A DNA stretch of 64,000 nucleotides from Prevotella sp. (GCA_045643065.1 JAZUKC010000027.1:443-64442); one strand, 5' to 3'. Counted from the first letter of the stretch, positions 17,988 through 28,483 are shown. The notes: generated by a model from the sequence alone, not told the origin. Made by a program: numbers and translations.

Positions 17988-18053
17988 CGGTTAAGGTTTA
18001 ACGGTTAAGGTTTAACGGTTAACGGGGATTAAAGAGATTAAGGGAATTAAAAG
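17986..18053 (+). repeat. alternating heptamer array (AACGGTT/AAGGTTT) followed by GGGATTAA 9-mers
   Basis: AACGGTT AAGGTTT AACGGTT AAGGTTT AACGGTT AACGGGG ATTAAAGAGATTAAGGGAATTAAAAG. Confidence 0.8.
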
Positions 18054-19885
18054 AAAACATCATGTAAGTGACGGAGGGTGCCGTCTTCCTTCATCCCTGC
18101 TATCACGCTGTTGACAAACTGAAGGAGGTCGTCCTGACCTTTTGGCATAAGGATGCCTATGTTGGAATTGGTGAAAGGCGTGGCGATGAGTGGAGCAGCG
18201 AGACGCTTGTCGGTTTTCACATAATATGGCGCCTCTGTTACTTCCGTTACCATAATGTCCGCCTTGCCCTCTGCAATGAGTTGAGGAATCTCCTGATTCT
18301 TTTGATGAACGACGATGTTAGAATGAGAGAGATTCTTCAGAGCAAACTGCTCGTTTGTTCCTCCCGGATTGATCATGACACACACCTCCGGTTTGTCAAT
18401 GTCGGCCAATGACTGATATTTAGCAGCATCGTTTGTCCTACAAAGTATTGTCTTTCCGTTGACAAGATATCCCTCACTCATCGACATGGTTTGAAGGCGA
18501 GCGTCGGTTATTGTTATGCCACCGATGGCAAAGTCAAACAGCTGTGGTTCAGCACATACGTCATTAGTAAGCGTTGGCCATGAAGTAGGAACGAACTGAA
18601 GGTCAACGGACAGTTGCTTTGCTATCTCACGAGCCACCTGAATGTCGAATCCAGAATAGGTACTGTCTTCCTCAAGGAACGTCAGTGGACGATAGTCGCC
18701 AGTGGTACCAACGAGCAACACTCCCCTATTCTTTATTCGCTGTATAGTGTTCCCTAACTCAGCAGTTTGTCCGTCAGATAAACCAGACAGCACTACGTTC
18801 GTCAAATATTCACCAAGTACGCCCTTGTACCTGTTCTGCGAATCGTTGATAAGCAACATGTTAATATCCCCGTTCTCTGTTTTAGGTCCAAAGCACATGC
18901 CTTCATAATTGGCTATGTTTGAGAGTTTTGTGGTGAACGACAAAAGTAATTCCTTCTTCATGAAGCGCTCTTCTGGAATACACTTCAACGACTCAGCGAA
19001 AGTCGTCTCACATGACTCATCAGGATAAGCACGGAATAGTTTTATGTTGACGAAACTATTCATCAAACGTAAACCTTCGCCCACAAAGAACTCCCTCTCG
19101 CATACGATAAGCGTTCCGTCTGTCAGTGCTAACAATTCTGGCACACCGAAGGCATAACGTGAGGATGAGTGCTTACAGGCAGGCGCATCTGTCTTGTAAG
19201 CATACTGCTTCTTCATCTGTAAGCTTTCGTCGAAACAAATCATACGGAGGTAGGTAGGAACGCGATTGGATGTAGAACTGACAGCATCGACATCCTGCTT
19301 AAGACCTTGCTCAGTAGTTGTCCAGAACGTACGCCTTTCAGGCGAGTAAGCAAGTGCCTCGAAACCATAGTTGCTGAATATCTTACCCACTCGCATCTCC
19401 TCTGGCACCTGTAGTTCTCGTCCTGTCATGGTGCCGTCCATATCGTATTCCACAATACGCTGGTCGCCCTCGGCAGAAATGAAAACCGTTCCACCTTCAG
19501 AGAAGTCATTACTTGCCTTTGGCACAAACACAATGCCCTCAGGATCAGGACGAGAAGTCAGTGTCCCCGCTTTCGTCTTCATAAATGTTGACTCTACAAA
19601 GGCAGCATTCGTTGGTTCGCCAGCATCGTTAGTATCAATGGAAAATGTCTGCCAGCTATTTGTGTCCTGGGTATCTGTTTCTATCTTCTTGTCGCTGATA
19701 ACGATGTATCGGTTTCCCCCAATCCATGCCATTCCGCTATAGTTGCCTTTAGGAATGCCCAGTTTGTTGCCCGACAAAGATATTGTCTTGCCAATGGCAG
19801 CCTTGATTTCATTCCTTGGGTATGTCTGAGAATAAGCAGAAAGTACCGAGAGAACAGTAATGGCAAGTGTAAGAAAGAGTTTCAT
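18047..19885 (-). CDS. secreted fusion of an esterase-like phytase (beta-propeller) domain and a family-3 solute-binding/cyclohexadienyl dehydratase (PheC-like) domain
   Basis: Signal peptide. Phytase-like motifs GNYSG, DPEGI, NYGFEALA, NYEGM. C-terminal RGVLLVGTTGDYRPL, GGITIT, NPGGTNE as in PheC-like proteins. Confidence 0.8.
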   Translation of the reverse strand: MKLFLTLAITVLSVLSAYSQTYPRNEIKAAIGKTISLSGNKLGIPKGNYSGMAWIGGNRYIVISDKKIETDTQDTNSWQTFSIDTNDAGEPTNAAFVESTFMKTKAGTLTSRPDPEGIVFVPKASNDFSEGGTVFISAEGDQRIVEYDMDGTMTGRELQVPEEMRVGKIFSNYGFEALAYSPERRTFWTTTEQGLKQDVDAVSSTSNRVPTYLRMICFDESLQMKKQYAYKTDAPACKHSSSRYAFGVPELLALTDGTLIVCEREFFVGEGLRLMNSFVNIKLFRAYPDESCETTFAESLKCIPEERFMKKELLLSFTTKLSNIANYEGMCFGPKTENGDINMLLINDSQNRYKGVLGEYLTNVVLSGLSDGQTAELGNTIQRIKNRGVLLVGTTGDYRPLTFLEEDSTYSGFDIQVAREIAKQLSVDLQFVPTSWPTLTNDVCAEPQLFDFAIGGITITDARLQTMSMSEGYLVNGKTILCRTNDAAKYQSLADIDKPEVCVMINPGGTNEQFALKNLSHSNIVVHQKNQEIPQLIAEGKADIMVTEVTEAPYYVKTDKRLAAPLIATPFTNSNIGILMPKGQDDLLQFVNSVIAGMKEDGTLRHLHDVFF

Positions 19886-19889
19886 GAAA

Positions 19890-22800
19890 TTATGATTTAT
19901 TATCTGTGAGTTGCAACAATTCAAAGTGACCTGCTTCTATGTCTATTACGTTGATAGAAGGATGTACGGCACGCCAATTGTCAGCATTCATTTGTGCCTG
20001 CTTGGTTATAAACTCCGACCATTGTGCTACCTCCTCCTCACTCATCATGCCCTTGAGATAAGGTACAACACCAAGGAACATGTCCTGTCTGCGAAGAGCA
20101 TTATAGAGAGCCAACGAACCACTGTAACCCTTAAGGCGGGAAGCATCATGGAGACGAGACGTGAGCTTTGCCTTCTTGATGTATTCATCCCAGAACAGAC
20201 GATCAGATGGAGACATCTTGTCCATTATCTGCTTCATCTCCTCTGCCTCTGTAAAGTCAGAGATATCAGGCAGTTGTAGCGTTGTATCAAGAAGTATAAC
20301 ATCCCTTGTCATGCCGTTCTGCTCCTGCCAGAACTGTGCCAGACGGTAAGCAATCTCACCACCAAACGAATGACCGATGAAGCTATTCACGTTACGTCCC
20401 TTCAGCTGCTCAGTTATTGTATCAGCATAGAGCTTGCACAACTCCACGAGAGTACCATCGAAGTCGTCGGATAAAGGCATGAAAAGAAGCACAGGACGAT
20501 TAAGATGCTCTGCGTAGGAACGAATCTGAGTAGCTGATGTTGTACCAGAAATGACAACATCAACATCGCCACTAAGATTCTCGTTCACCCAGCATGAAAG
20601 CATCGGCGTATGAGCGTTTGCAAGGTCACGTATAGTAGAAAGGAAACTTGCCGATTCCATCTTTACGTTCAACCCACATTTAGATGCCTCGACAGCCATC
20701 TGGATGAGTTGCATGGAGGTAATGCCAAGGTCATGGACATTGTCCGTCACGAGGATGTCGTCACGACCAGTAACCTGCTGTGCAATCTTCAGCAAAGCAC
20801 TCTCATACTCGTTTCGTGGCATAGCATCAGCATCAGCTTCCGTCTTCTTTACCCTACTGCTTACAACAGGTTCTGGCAGACGAGAGGCATCAAGTTTGCC
20901 AACGGCATTGACAGGCATAACGTCAAGTTGGAGGAAGACAGAAGGAATCATGTATTGCGGAAGAACCTGCGATAGTGCTTCGCGAACATCTGCTACATTA
21001 AGTTGCTCTGTTGCAACGAAATAAGCGCAGAGAATATCCATGCGTCCTTGCTTGCGTACAAGCACCTTTGCTTCCGTGATAGCAGGAAGATTGACGAGTT
21101 GTGTCTCAATGTCAGAGAGTTCCATTCTGTAACCATTGAACTTCACCTGACCATCATCGCGGCGAATATACACAAGCTGTGGAGAATTGGCATTGTCCCA
21201 ACGGACGATGTCTCCTGTACGATAAATCCTCTCGCCATCTGCCAAAGTACGGAACACCTCGTCCGTCTTCTCAGGACGCTGCCAATAACCATCAGCAAGT
21301 TGCTTACCAGAAAGACAGAGTTCGCCTTCTGCCTCAAAAGGCATCAGTCGTCCATGATGGTCGCAGACAAGTGCACTAACACCAGGCATTGGACGGCCAA
21401 TAGGAATGTCAGCAAGGTCGGTAGAAGGAGTAAGCAGATAATAGGTTGCATCAACGGTACATTCCGTAGGACCGTAAGTGTTAAACACATCTATGCCACG
21501 GTTTCTCTCCGGCCATACCGTCATCTTCTCTCCTCCAAGCACAAGGTAGCGCAAGGTAGGCAAATCCTCTGATGCAAGAAGCATCTGTCCGAAACGTGTA
21601 GTATAATTACCACCGCTCACGTTGTTCTCTCTAAGCCAAGCGGCAAGTCCTGGAATGTCTCGGCGCAACTCTTCAGGAACAAGACAAAGTGTACCACCCG
21701 CTGCAAGCACAGGGTAGAGATCTTCCACTGATGCATCGAAAGAGAAACTGCTATGACACGAGATTCTATCTGACGAAGTGATGTTTAGGACCTGAGTGAT
21801 TGAAGCGACGAAAGAAGCAAATGCCACATGACTTATGACTACTCCCTTTGGCGTACCTGTAGATCCAGAAGTGTAAATCATGTAGGCAGCAGAACTGCTA
21901 TCTACAGTTGGCAGAACCACATCTGGACAATCTTCTGATGTCCATTGCTTTACGATGTCGGTAGTAAGAGTGAGTCGTGCGTTACTGTCAGACAACATGA
22001 ACTCTATTCTGTCGGCAGGATAAGAAGGATCAACAGGAAGATAAGCAGCACCTGCCATCATGATGCCGAGAGCAGCAACAATAAACTCTGCCTCGCGCCC
22101 TGTCTGTACAGCAACAAAGTCGCCAGGGACAATACCATTATTAATAAGGTGGCATGCAACGTTCCTTACCTGAGAGGCTAATTCTGCATAGGTGAGGCTT
22201 GTATTGTAGGCAACAACAGCAGTTTTCTCTGGCGTAGCTGTTGCATTACGGAGTATTGCCTCAGGAACATAGGCAGGTTCGGTATTAAGTGGCAGGGATG
22301 CTGTAGTGTGGACAAGACGGTTACGCTCAGAAGAACCAATAAACTGTACATCACTTAATGATGCATCAGGGTTTTCCACCATATTCTCAAGGCAACTCTT
22401 CATGCTTTGTCCGAAACTTCGAAGCGACTTACTGTCAAGATAAGCATCGCTACACTCTATGCGAAGCTGGTAGGAGTCGTCCATTTCATATACAACGACA
22501 GAGAATGTTGCTGTTGTGTTATCGCCTATACGAATCTGACGGATAGGATATTCCTTACCTTCACATACGAACTTCTCCTTCATGTCAGGTCCCTGGTAGG
22601 CGTACATAGTGTCAGGCAGTTCGCCAGTGAGTTGGAAGAAGTCCATTAACGAATAGTTGGCATTGCGAACGGTATTGAACATCTCTGCCTTGAACTGACG
22701 AACAAAGTCTATAACCTTAACGTTAGCATCAATATCTATGCAGACAGGGATGGTAGAAATGAACATGCCGTGTGCTCCACGTGCCGGACGAGAATAACGT

Positions 22801-23576
22801 CCGTGCTGAAGAGTAAGGTAAGAGACAGAATCTGTCCTTACATACGCAGAGAGCGTTATGTTATAGGATGCCTCCAACAAGAAGTTAGGACGCACACCAT
22901 TCTCCTTGCAGAAATCATCGACAAGGTTTCGTGGAATGTCTATACACTCAAGCAGAGCATGACCTTCAGGCGATGCTGGTTGCTTTGTAGGGAAAGGATT
23001 GTACTGACGACCAGCAAAGCGATTCTTGTAAAACTCTGCCGACTTCTCATGGTCAGGACTTGCGTCGTATGCTTCCTGTTCAAGAGCATAGTCAAAGATG
23101 CTGAACTTCTCTACAGGTGTTGTTCCGTTGTTGTACAACTCAGAAAGCGTCTGCGCATAATGGGCAAGCGTTATGCCGTCGGCACAGAGATGGTGGAAGT
23201 TAAGGAGAGCAACAAAGGAATCTTCTGTCTCAAGGAGCATGATTCTGATGAGTTGCTCGTTGAAGATATCAAAAGGACGAATCAGTTCGTCACGATATTT
23301 CTCTACATCAGAGTTAGAGCAGGTGATACGCTTAACGTGGAAGTCACGATTCTCGCGTAAGCATTGGCGAATCTCGCCATTCTCCCAAACAAGTTGAATG
23401 TTGTAGTTTGTGAATGTGTTGACCATCTGCTCCATGCACTTCGTGAGGCGATCAGAGTCAACCGTCTTAGGCATACTCACAATGACAGGAAGTCCATAGT
23501 GTACTGACTCTGGATATCGCATGCATTCGGTGAAGACACCTCTTTGGGCATGGGTTAGAGGATAGGTGTTGTGCAT
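19890..23576 (-). CDS. single-module non-ribosomal peptide synthetase, C-A-T-TE
   Basis: C: YPLTHAQ, HHLCADG. A: YTSGSTGTPKG, FSFDASV, NTYGPTE, GELCLSG, YRTGD, QVKFNGYRMEL, NAVGKLD. T: DLGITS. TE: GHSFGG, LLD, GHF. Confidence 0.95.
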   Translation of the reverse strand: MHNTYPLTHAQRGVFTECMRYPESVHYGLPVIVSMPKTVDSDRLTKCMEQMVNTFTNYNIQLVWENGEIRQCLRENRDFHVKRITCSNSDVEKYRDELIRPFDIFNEQLIRIMLLETEDSFVALLNFHHLCADGITLAHYAQTLSELYNNGTTPVEKFSIFDYALEQEAYDASPDHEKSAEFYKNRFAGRQYNPFPTKQPASPEGHALLECIDIPRNLVDDFCKENGVRPNFLLEASYNITLSAYVRTDSVSYLTLQHGRYSRPARGAHGMFISTIPVCIDIDANVKVIDFVRQFKAEMFNTVRNANYSLMDFFQLTGELPDTMYAYQGPDMKEKFVCEGKEYPIRQIRIGDNTTATFSVVVYEMDDSYQLRIECSDAYLDSKSLRSFGQSMKSCLENMVENPDASLSDVQFIGSSERNRLVHTTASLPLNTEPAYVPEAILRNATATPEKTAVVAYNTSLTYAELASQVRNVACHLINNGIVPGDFVAVQTGREAEFIVAALGIMMAGAAYLPVDPSYPADRIEFMLSDSNARLTLTTDIVKQWTSEDCPDVVLPTVDSSSAAYMIYTSGSTGTPKGVVISHVAFASFVASITQVLNITSSDRISCHSSFSFDASVEDLYPVLAAGGTLCLVPEELRRDIPGLAAWLRENNVSGGNYTTRFGQMLLASEDLPTLRYLVLGGEKMTVWPERNRGIDVFNTYGPTECTVDATYYLLTPSTDLADIPIGRPMPGVSALVCDHHGRLMPFEAEGELCLSGKQLADGYWQRPEKTDEVFRTLADGERIYRTGDIVRWDNANSPQLVYIRRDDGQVKFNGYRMELSDIETQLVNLPAITEAKVLVRKQGRMDILCAYFVATEQLNVADVREALSQVLPQYMIPSVFLQLDVMPVNAVGKLDASRLPEPVVSSRVKKTEADADAMPRNEYESALLKIAQQVTGRDDILVTDNVHDLGITSMQLIQMAVEASKCGLNVKMESASFLSTIRDLANAHTPMLSCWVNENLSGDVDVVISGTTSATQIRSYAEHLNRPVLLFMPLSDDFDGTLVELCKLYADTITEQLKGRNVNSFIGHSFGGEIAYRLAQFWQEQNGMTRDVILLDTTLQLPDISDFTEAEEMKQIMDKMSPSDRLFWDEYIKKAKLTSRLHDASRLKGYSGSLALYNALRRQDMFLGVVPYLKGMMSEEEVAQWSEFITKQAQMNADNWRAVHPSINVIDIEAGHFELLQLTDNKS

Positions 23577-23684
23577 AAGTTTGTAGTTTTTTGTTTATTG
23601 GGATTGATTCGTAGAATCGGAATGTCTTATGTTTTGAAGTATTAACTATTTGATAAATCGATATTACGATGAATCGATGAATCG

Positions 23685-24806
23685 TTAATCTTCCACTCGC
23701 TTGTATGACTTTACTGCCATCATGTAGAAGACAAGCGCCAGAGCAGCAAGTCCTGCTATTTCCTGCCATAGGTCGAGGATGGTTGCTCCCTTAAGGTAAG
23801 CATTACGCAGCACGATAACCGTATAGCGCATAGGTACGAGGTGTGTGAAAGGCTGTAGCCATTCTGGCATACACTCGATTGGAGTAATGAAACCACTCGT
23901 TACCTGGAAGATGTAGTTGACGAAGAACACCATCATTACTGCTTGTGTACTATCGCGTGATGTATTGCCCATGGTAATGGCAAGGCAACATTCACATACC
24001 GAGAACAGTATCATGCTGATGCACATCGTGATAATACCACCAGATGGGAACAGCTTATAGACGTAACCGAGCAGAACGATGTCAAACAGGAAGGCAAACA
24101 TTCCTATAATGACAAAGGTAATAATCTTTGACGATACAAACGTGTGGCGGCTAATAGGACAAACATTAATCTGCTCAATAGTGCCACGTTGCTTCTCTTC
24201 CTGAACGGTTGCCGTAAGATAGGTGCCGCAGATGTAGCAGATGAAAAGGAAGAAGACGGTAGGCAACACGAAGTTACGATAATCCTGCGTTGGATTGTAG
24301 AAAAGCGTTTCCGTCAGTTCTTCGGCAGAAGCAAACTCCACACCTTTCTCATGTCCGTACTGGCTGACGGTATAGGCGACACATCCAGTAACGAAGGATG
24401 TTCCCTGTATGCCACGCATGGTATTGACAGCATTCGTTGAGATGTTTATCTGCTCACGCTTTGCCATATCCGTCGTGCTGCCTACAAGACTTCGCTCAAA
24501 GTGTGGCGGAATCTCAACTATACATTGTGCCTTGCTCTCGTCAAGCATCACGTTGGCAGCATGAAGGTCAGCACCAACGTAAGTGGCATTGAGCTGATCG
24601 GAATGGCAAATGCTCTCAACGATTCTTCTTGACAGCTCAGAGTTGTCTCTATCCACAACAGCCACCGTCAGCGACTTGATGTCGAGCGTAAGGAGTAATG
24701 GCTGGAGCAAAGCTATGACAAGGACATAGAACATGATGATGCGCAACGTAAAGGCGTTGTGTAAAATCTGTTGGAATTCCTTGATAACGAGTGATATGAG
24801 TGTCAT
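23685..24806 (-). CDS. ABC-2 type exporter permease (YbhR-like)
   Basis: KEFQQ, VVDRDNSELSR, EKQRGTIEQ, SGFITPIECMP. Confidence 0.9.
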   Translation of the reverse strand: MTLISLVIKEFQQILHNAFTLRIIMFYVLVIALLQPLLLTLDIKSLTVAVVDRDNSELSRRIVESICHSDQLNATYVGADLHAANVMLDESKAQCIVEIPPHFERSLVGSTTDMAKREQINISTNAVNTMRGIQGTSFVTGCVAYTVSQYGHEKGVEFASAEELTETLFYNPTQDYRNFVLPTVFFLFICYICGTYLTATVQEEKQRGTIEQINVCPISRHTFVSSKIITFVIIGMFAFLFDIVLLGYVYKLFPSGGIITMCISMILFSVCECCLAITMGNTSRDSTQAVMMVFFVNYIFQVTSGFITPIECMPEWLQPFTHLVPMRYTVIVLRNAYLKGATILDLWQEIAGLAALALVFYMMAVKSYKRVED

Positions 24807-25843
24807 ATTGTTTTCTTAAGAAAATAAGCTGAGCCGGAGAGCAGAATGACTGTCATGATGCTCATAACTAATATTTCATTGCTAACAGCCGATATGTCCT
24901 GACCTTGAATCATGAGTTTGCGAAGGGCAGAGCAACACCAGTTTGTTGGTACTATCTCGCTGACTGGCTGAATGAATGTAGGAAGATTCTCGATAGGGAA
25001 CATTGCACCGGAAAGCAGCAAGGCAGGTGTCTCGGCAAAAAGATTATAGGCGCTGAATGCGTTTGTCTCGCTACTCGTTATTACTGAAATGAGAATGCCA
25101 ATAAGGAGAGTAATCAGATTGTATAGCAACAGCACAATAACCAATGCCGGAATGCTTCCGTTTATCGGGACATCAAACAAGAGTACGCTAAGCACAAGGA
25201 GAATTGCCGTAGCAGCAACCGACAGCATGAAGAAGGTAATCGTCTTAGCAGCAATGAGTTGCCATGTGCGTAAGGGAGAGATGCAAATGATATCAAGTGT
25301 ACCGTTCACTCGTTCTCTAACGATAGACGATGATGTGAGCAATCCGAATATTGAGATTATTATCAAACCGATAATGCCAGGCACGAAATTGTAGGCACTA
25401 AGTAGTTGCGGATTGTAGAGCATACGCGTGTTGAAGAGTTCGTCGCGCTTGTTCTCCGAAAGATTAAGTGCTGCCTTTAGATAAACCGTCGCAGCAGAGC
25501 CAATGATAGGGTTACTGCCATCCACACAAAGGCCTACCCCACCCCTTCTTACTACGACAACGGCATTAAGTTCGTTACGTCGCATCATGGCTTCACCTTC
25601 TTCCACATTATTTAATATACCGCGATAATCAAAGACAGGATTGTGTTCCAGCGGTTCTATTATAGAACGTGCCTCGGTATAGCGGTCTTCTATGACGCAT
25701 GCCACACTCACGGAGTTGATGTCCTGAGAGACGGCATAGCCATAGAGAAGGAGAAAGAGTATAGGAACAACAAACAGGAAAATCAGCGTACGTGGTGCAC
25801 GCATTACATGAATGAGTTCTTTCTGTATGAGATGTATTGTCAT
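24803..25843 (-). CDS. ABC-2 type exporter permease (YbhS-like)
   Basis: YGYAV, YNPQL...VPGIIG, RERVNGT, LSGAMFPIENLP. Overlaps the next gene by 4 bp (ATGA). Confidence 0.9.
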   Translation of the reverse strand: MTIHLIQKELIHVMRAPRTLIFLFVVPILFLLLYGYAVSQDINSVSVACVIEDRYTEARSIIEPLEHNPVFDYRGILNNVEEGEAMMRRNELNAVVVVRRGGVGLCVDGSNPIIGSAATVYLKAALNLSENKRDELFNTRMLYNPQLLSAYNFVPGIIGLIIISIFGLLTSSSIVRERVNGTLDIICISPLRTWQLIAAKTITFFMLSVAATAILLVLSVLLFDVPINGSIPALVIVLLLYNLITLLIGILISVITSSETNAFSAYNLFAETPALLLSGAMFPIENLPTFIQPVSEIVPTNWCCSALRKLMIQGQDISAVSNEILVMSIMTVILLSGSAYFLKKTI

Positions 25844-25869
25844 TGTTTGTGAGGTTGTCTGTGGAGGAA

Positions 25870-27300
25870 TTACTTTTGTGCTCTGGCAAGTTTGAAGAAA
25901 AGATCTTCCATGTCTTCTGCTCCATGTTGCTTAATAAGTTCTGACGGACGCCCCATGGCACGTATGCATCCGTCAACCATTATTGAGACACGGTCGCAGT
26001 ACATTGCTTCGTCCATATAGTGAGTGGTGACGAATACCGTAGTGCCTTTGGCAGCATAGTCGCAGATGAGATTCCAGAAGTACTGACGCGTCTGTGGGTC
26101 AACACCACCAGTAGGTTCATCAAGGAAGAGAATCTCCGGGTCATGGATGGTAGAAGTACAGAATGCAACGCGTTGTTGCCATCCTAACGGCAGATCCTGC
26201 ATCTGCACATCGGCAAAGTCAGTCAACCCTATTTCCTCCAATCTGCTTCTGACCAGTTCCTTGGCTTTACGCCTTTTTATGCCATAAATACCAGTAAAGA
26301 GCATCATGTTTTCACGGACGGTAAGGTCAGGGAAGAGTGCAAAGCGCTGACTCATGTAGCCTATGCGCTCCTTTATCTGTTCGCCCTGGGTCAAAACATC
26401 GCAACCAGCAACAGTGCCTTTACCTTCAGTAGGTTTCAGCAAACCGCAAAGGATGCGTATGGCAGTTGTCTTGCCTGCACCATTAGCACCAAGGAAACCG
26501 AATATCTCTCCACGCTTTACCGAGAAAGAGATGTGATTGACAGCAGTAAAGTCGCCAAAACGCTTTGTCAATCCCTGGATGTTCATAATATCCTCAACGC
26601 TGTCAATATCACGTCCATGATCCACCTTATCCTCTGGTGGCATAACGTCTTCCGGTTTACCAATGGCCGTTACTTCACCCTTGTGCATGAGAGCAATACG
26701 ATGGCAACGCATCACCTCGTTACGGTACGGGGTTGAGACGATGATTGTAATACCATAATCCTTGCTGAGTGTCTCAAGCATGTCCCAGAGTTCCTTGCGC
26801 GAAACAGCATCAATACCAGTAGTAGGTTCATCAAGGAAGAGCACTTTTGGCTTATGAACCAAGGCACAACAAAGCGAAAGCTTCTGCTTCATACCACCAG
26901 ACAGTTTGCCGGCAAGACGTTTCTTGAATGGTTCTATCTGCTTATAGATAGGCGCAATAAGCGAATAGCCATCCTCGACAGTAGTGCGGAATAGTCGGGC
27001 AAAGAACTTAACGTTCTCTTCAACCGTCAGGTCGCGATACATGGAAAAGGTAGCAGGCATGAATCCGATGATATCTCTCACCTGCCTGCGTCCTTTGTTT
27101 GTGTCATTTCCGTAGATAGAACATGTGCCAGCATCGCCATTCTCGAGGGTGGTAAGGATTCGCATAAGCGTAGTCTTTCCTGCACCATCCTCGCCAATAA
27201 GACCAAATATCTCCCCTTTCCCAACATTAAAAGAAATGTCGGAGAGAGCCTTGACCTTGCCAAACGACTTGCTGACACCTTGTATGTTTACTACATCCAT
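25870..27300 (-). CDS. tandem (two-NBD) ABC transporter ATPase (YbhF-like)
   Basis: GEDGAGKTT/LSGGM/LDEPT and GANGAGKTT/LPLGW/LDEPT. ATG at 27300; alternative TTG at 27309. Confidence 0.93.
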   Translation of the reverse strand: MDVVNIQGVSKSFGKVKALSDISFNVGKGEIFGLIGEDGAGKTTLMRILTTLENGDAGTCSIYGNDTNKGRRQVRDIIGFMPATFSMYRDLTVEENVKFFARLFRTTVEDGYSLIAPIYKQIEPFKKRLAGKLSGGMKQKLSLCCALVHKPKVLFLDEPTTGIDAVSRKELWDMLETLSKDYGITIIVSTPYRNEVMRCHRIALMHKGEVTAIGKPEDVMPPEDKVDHGRDIDSVEDIMNIQGLTKRFGDFTAVNHISFSVKRGEIFGFLGANGAGKTTAIRILCGLLKPTEGKGTVAGCDVLTQGEQIKERIGYMSQRFALFPDLTVRENMMLFTGIYGIKRRKAKELVRSRLEEIGLTDFADVQMQDLPLGWQQRVAFCTSTIHDPEILFLDEPTGGVDPQTRQYFWNLICDYAAKGTTVFVTTHYMDEAMYCDRVSIMVDGCIRAMGRPSELIKQHGAEDMEDLFFKLARAQK

Positions 27301-27317
27301 ATCTTGCAACGATGCTT

Positions 27318-28208
27318 CTACTTTATTTTAACCTGACCAGCCATGCCTATCTTCAGCTTGCCGTCATTCTTTACTGCAATCTTTACAGCATAAACAAGGT
27401 TGGTACGGGTGTCGCGTGTCTGAATGTTCTTAGGTGTAAACTCACTCTCTGAAGATATCCAGTTGACTGTACCTTCGTAGTTTACCTGCTCGTCGCCACC
27501 ATAATCAGCGATTACCTGTACCTTCTGACCTACCTGAATGGATGCCAGTTGCTCAGAAGAGAAATAGGCACGGAGGAAGATCTTTGATGTGTCGGCAATC
27601 TTCATCAGCGGATGACCAGCAACAGCTGTTTCACCTGCTTCGGTGTATTTCATGAGAACGGTGCCCTTGATAGGCGACACGATGTGGCACTTCTGCATCT
27701 GCTCGGTAAGTGCTGCTGCCTGAAGATGAATAGACGAAGCCTGGCCGTCAGCACTTGTGTTTGCTGTACCAATCTGAGCATTGACAGCTTCTATCTGACG
27801 CTTAAGCACCTCGATCTGTCCCTCAATGTCGTCAAGCATCTTTCGTGGTGCAGCACCACCTTCTATAAGGTTGCGCACACGCTGACGCTCTGTGAGCAGA
27901 GAGTTCATCTGTTCACGATAGGCAGCCACCTGCTTTGATGCGTCTGTCTTATTGCTAAGCACGGCAACCTTATTTGCCAAAAGCACTCGACGCTGCATAT
28001 AGAGTTGCATGGTATCAATGACACCAATCTCTTGTCCTGCTTCCAGTATGTCGCCTTCTTCTGCGTTAAGGCTAAGGATTCGTCCAGAAGCTTCTGCGCT
28101 GACAGTTATTGTTGTTGCCTCAAATACTCCTGAAGCGTCATACTCATTCTTGTCGCATGAGCAAAATGCAGCAATAACAGTCATTAAAATAATGTATGTT
28201 TTCTTCAT
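27318..28208 (-). CDS. HlyD family efflux periplasmic adaptor lipoprotein (YbhG-like)
   Basis: Lipobox FCSC, SGVFEA, coiled coil, SEFTPKNIQT...VYAVK. Confidence 0.92.
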   Translation of the reverse strand: MKKTYIILMTVIAAFCSCDKNEYDASGVFEATTITVSAEASGRILSLNAEEGDILEAGQEIGVIDTMQLYMQRRVLLANKVAVLSNKTDASKQVAAYREQMNSLLTERQRVRNLIEGGAAPRKMLDDIEGQIEVLKRQIEAVNAQIGTANTSADGQASSIHLQAAALTEQMQKCHIVSPIKGTVLMKYTEAGETAVAGHPLMKIADTSKIFLRAYFSSEQLASIQVGQKVQVIADYGGDEQVNYEGTVNWISSESEFTPKNIQTRDTRTNLVYAVKIAVKNDGKLKIGMAGQVKIK

Positions 28209-28338
28209 TTCTTTACCTTTTTATTTATGGTTCTACGAGGTTTAGTGTGGTAGTCATAGTTTTTAGGCGATTAAAAACTAAGATTTTAGCGAACGATATG
28301 TAAGTATTGAGCATTTAAAAAGTAATTGATAAGCGTTG

Positions 28339-28420
28339 TTTGAGTGCTAACGAATGTTCCTTTGAGTGCAATCAAATGAACATTTGAGTGCAAGCGAATG
28401 AATGTTTGAGTGCAACCAAA
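28339..28420 (-). repeat. degenerate 22-bp tandem array, reverse complement of the 15732 family
   Basis: TTTGAGTGC at 28339, 28361, 28383 and 28405. Confidence 0.85.
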
Positions 28421-28483
28421 CGAATCAATCATAACCCAAAACACTTTCTCATATAACATTATTTATTTATAATGTCATGCTTT

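Noticed and set aside
15732..28420. The two inverted 22-bp arrays as transposon or invertible-segment ends around the NRPS
   Set aside because: The right array lies inside the export operon between tolC and hlyD. No transposase, recombinase or target duplication is visible.
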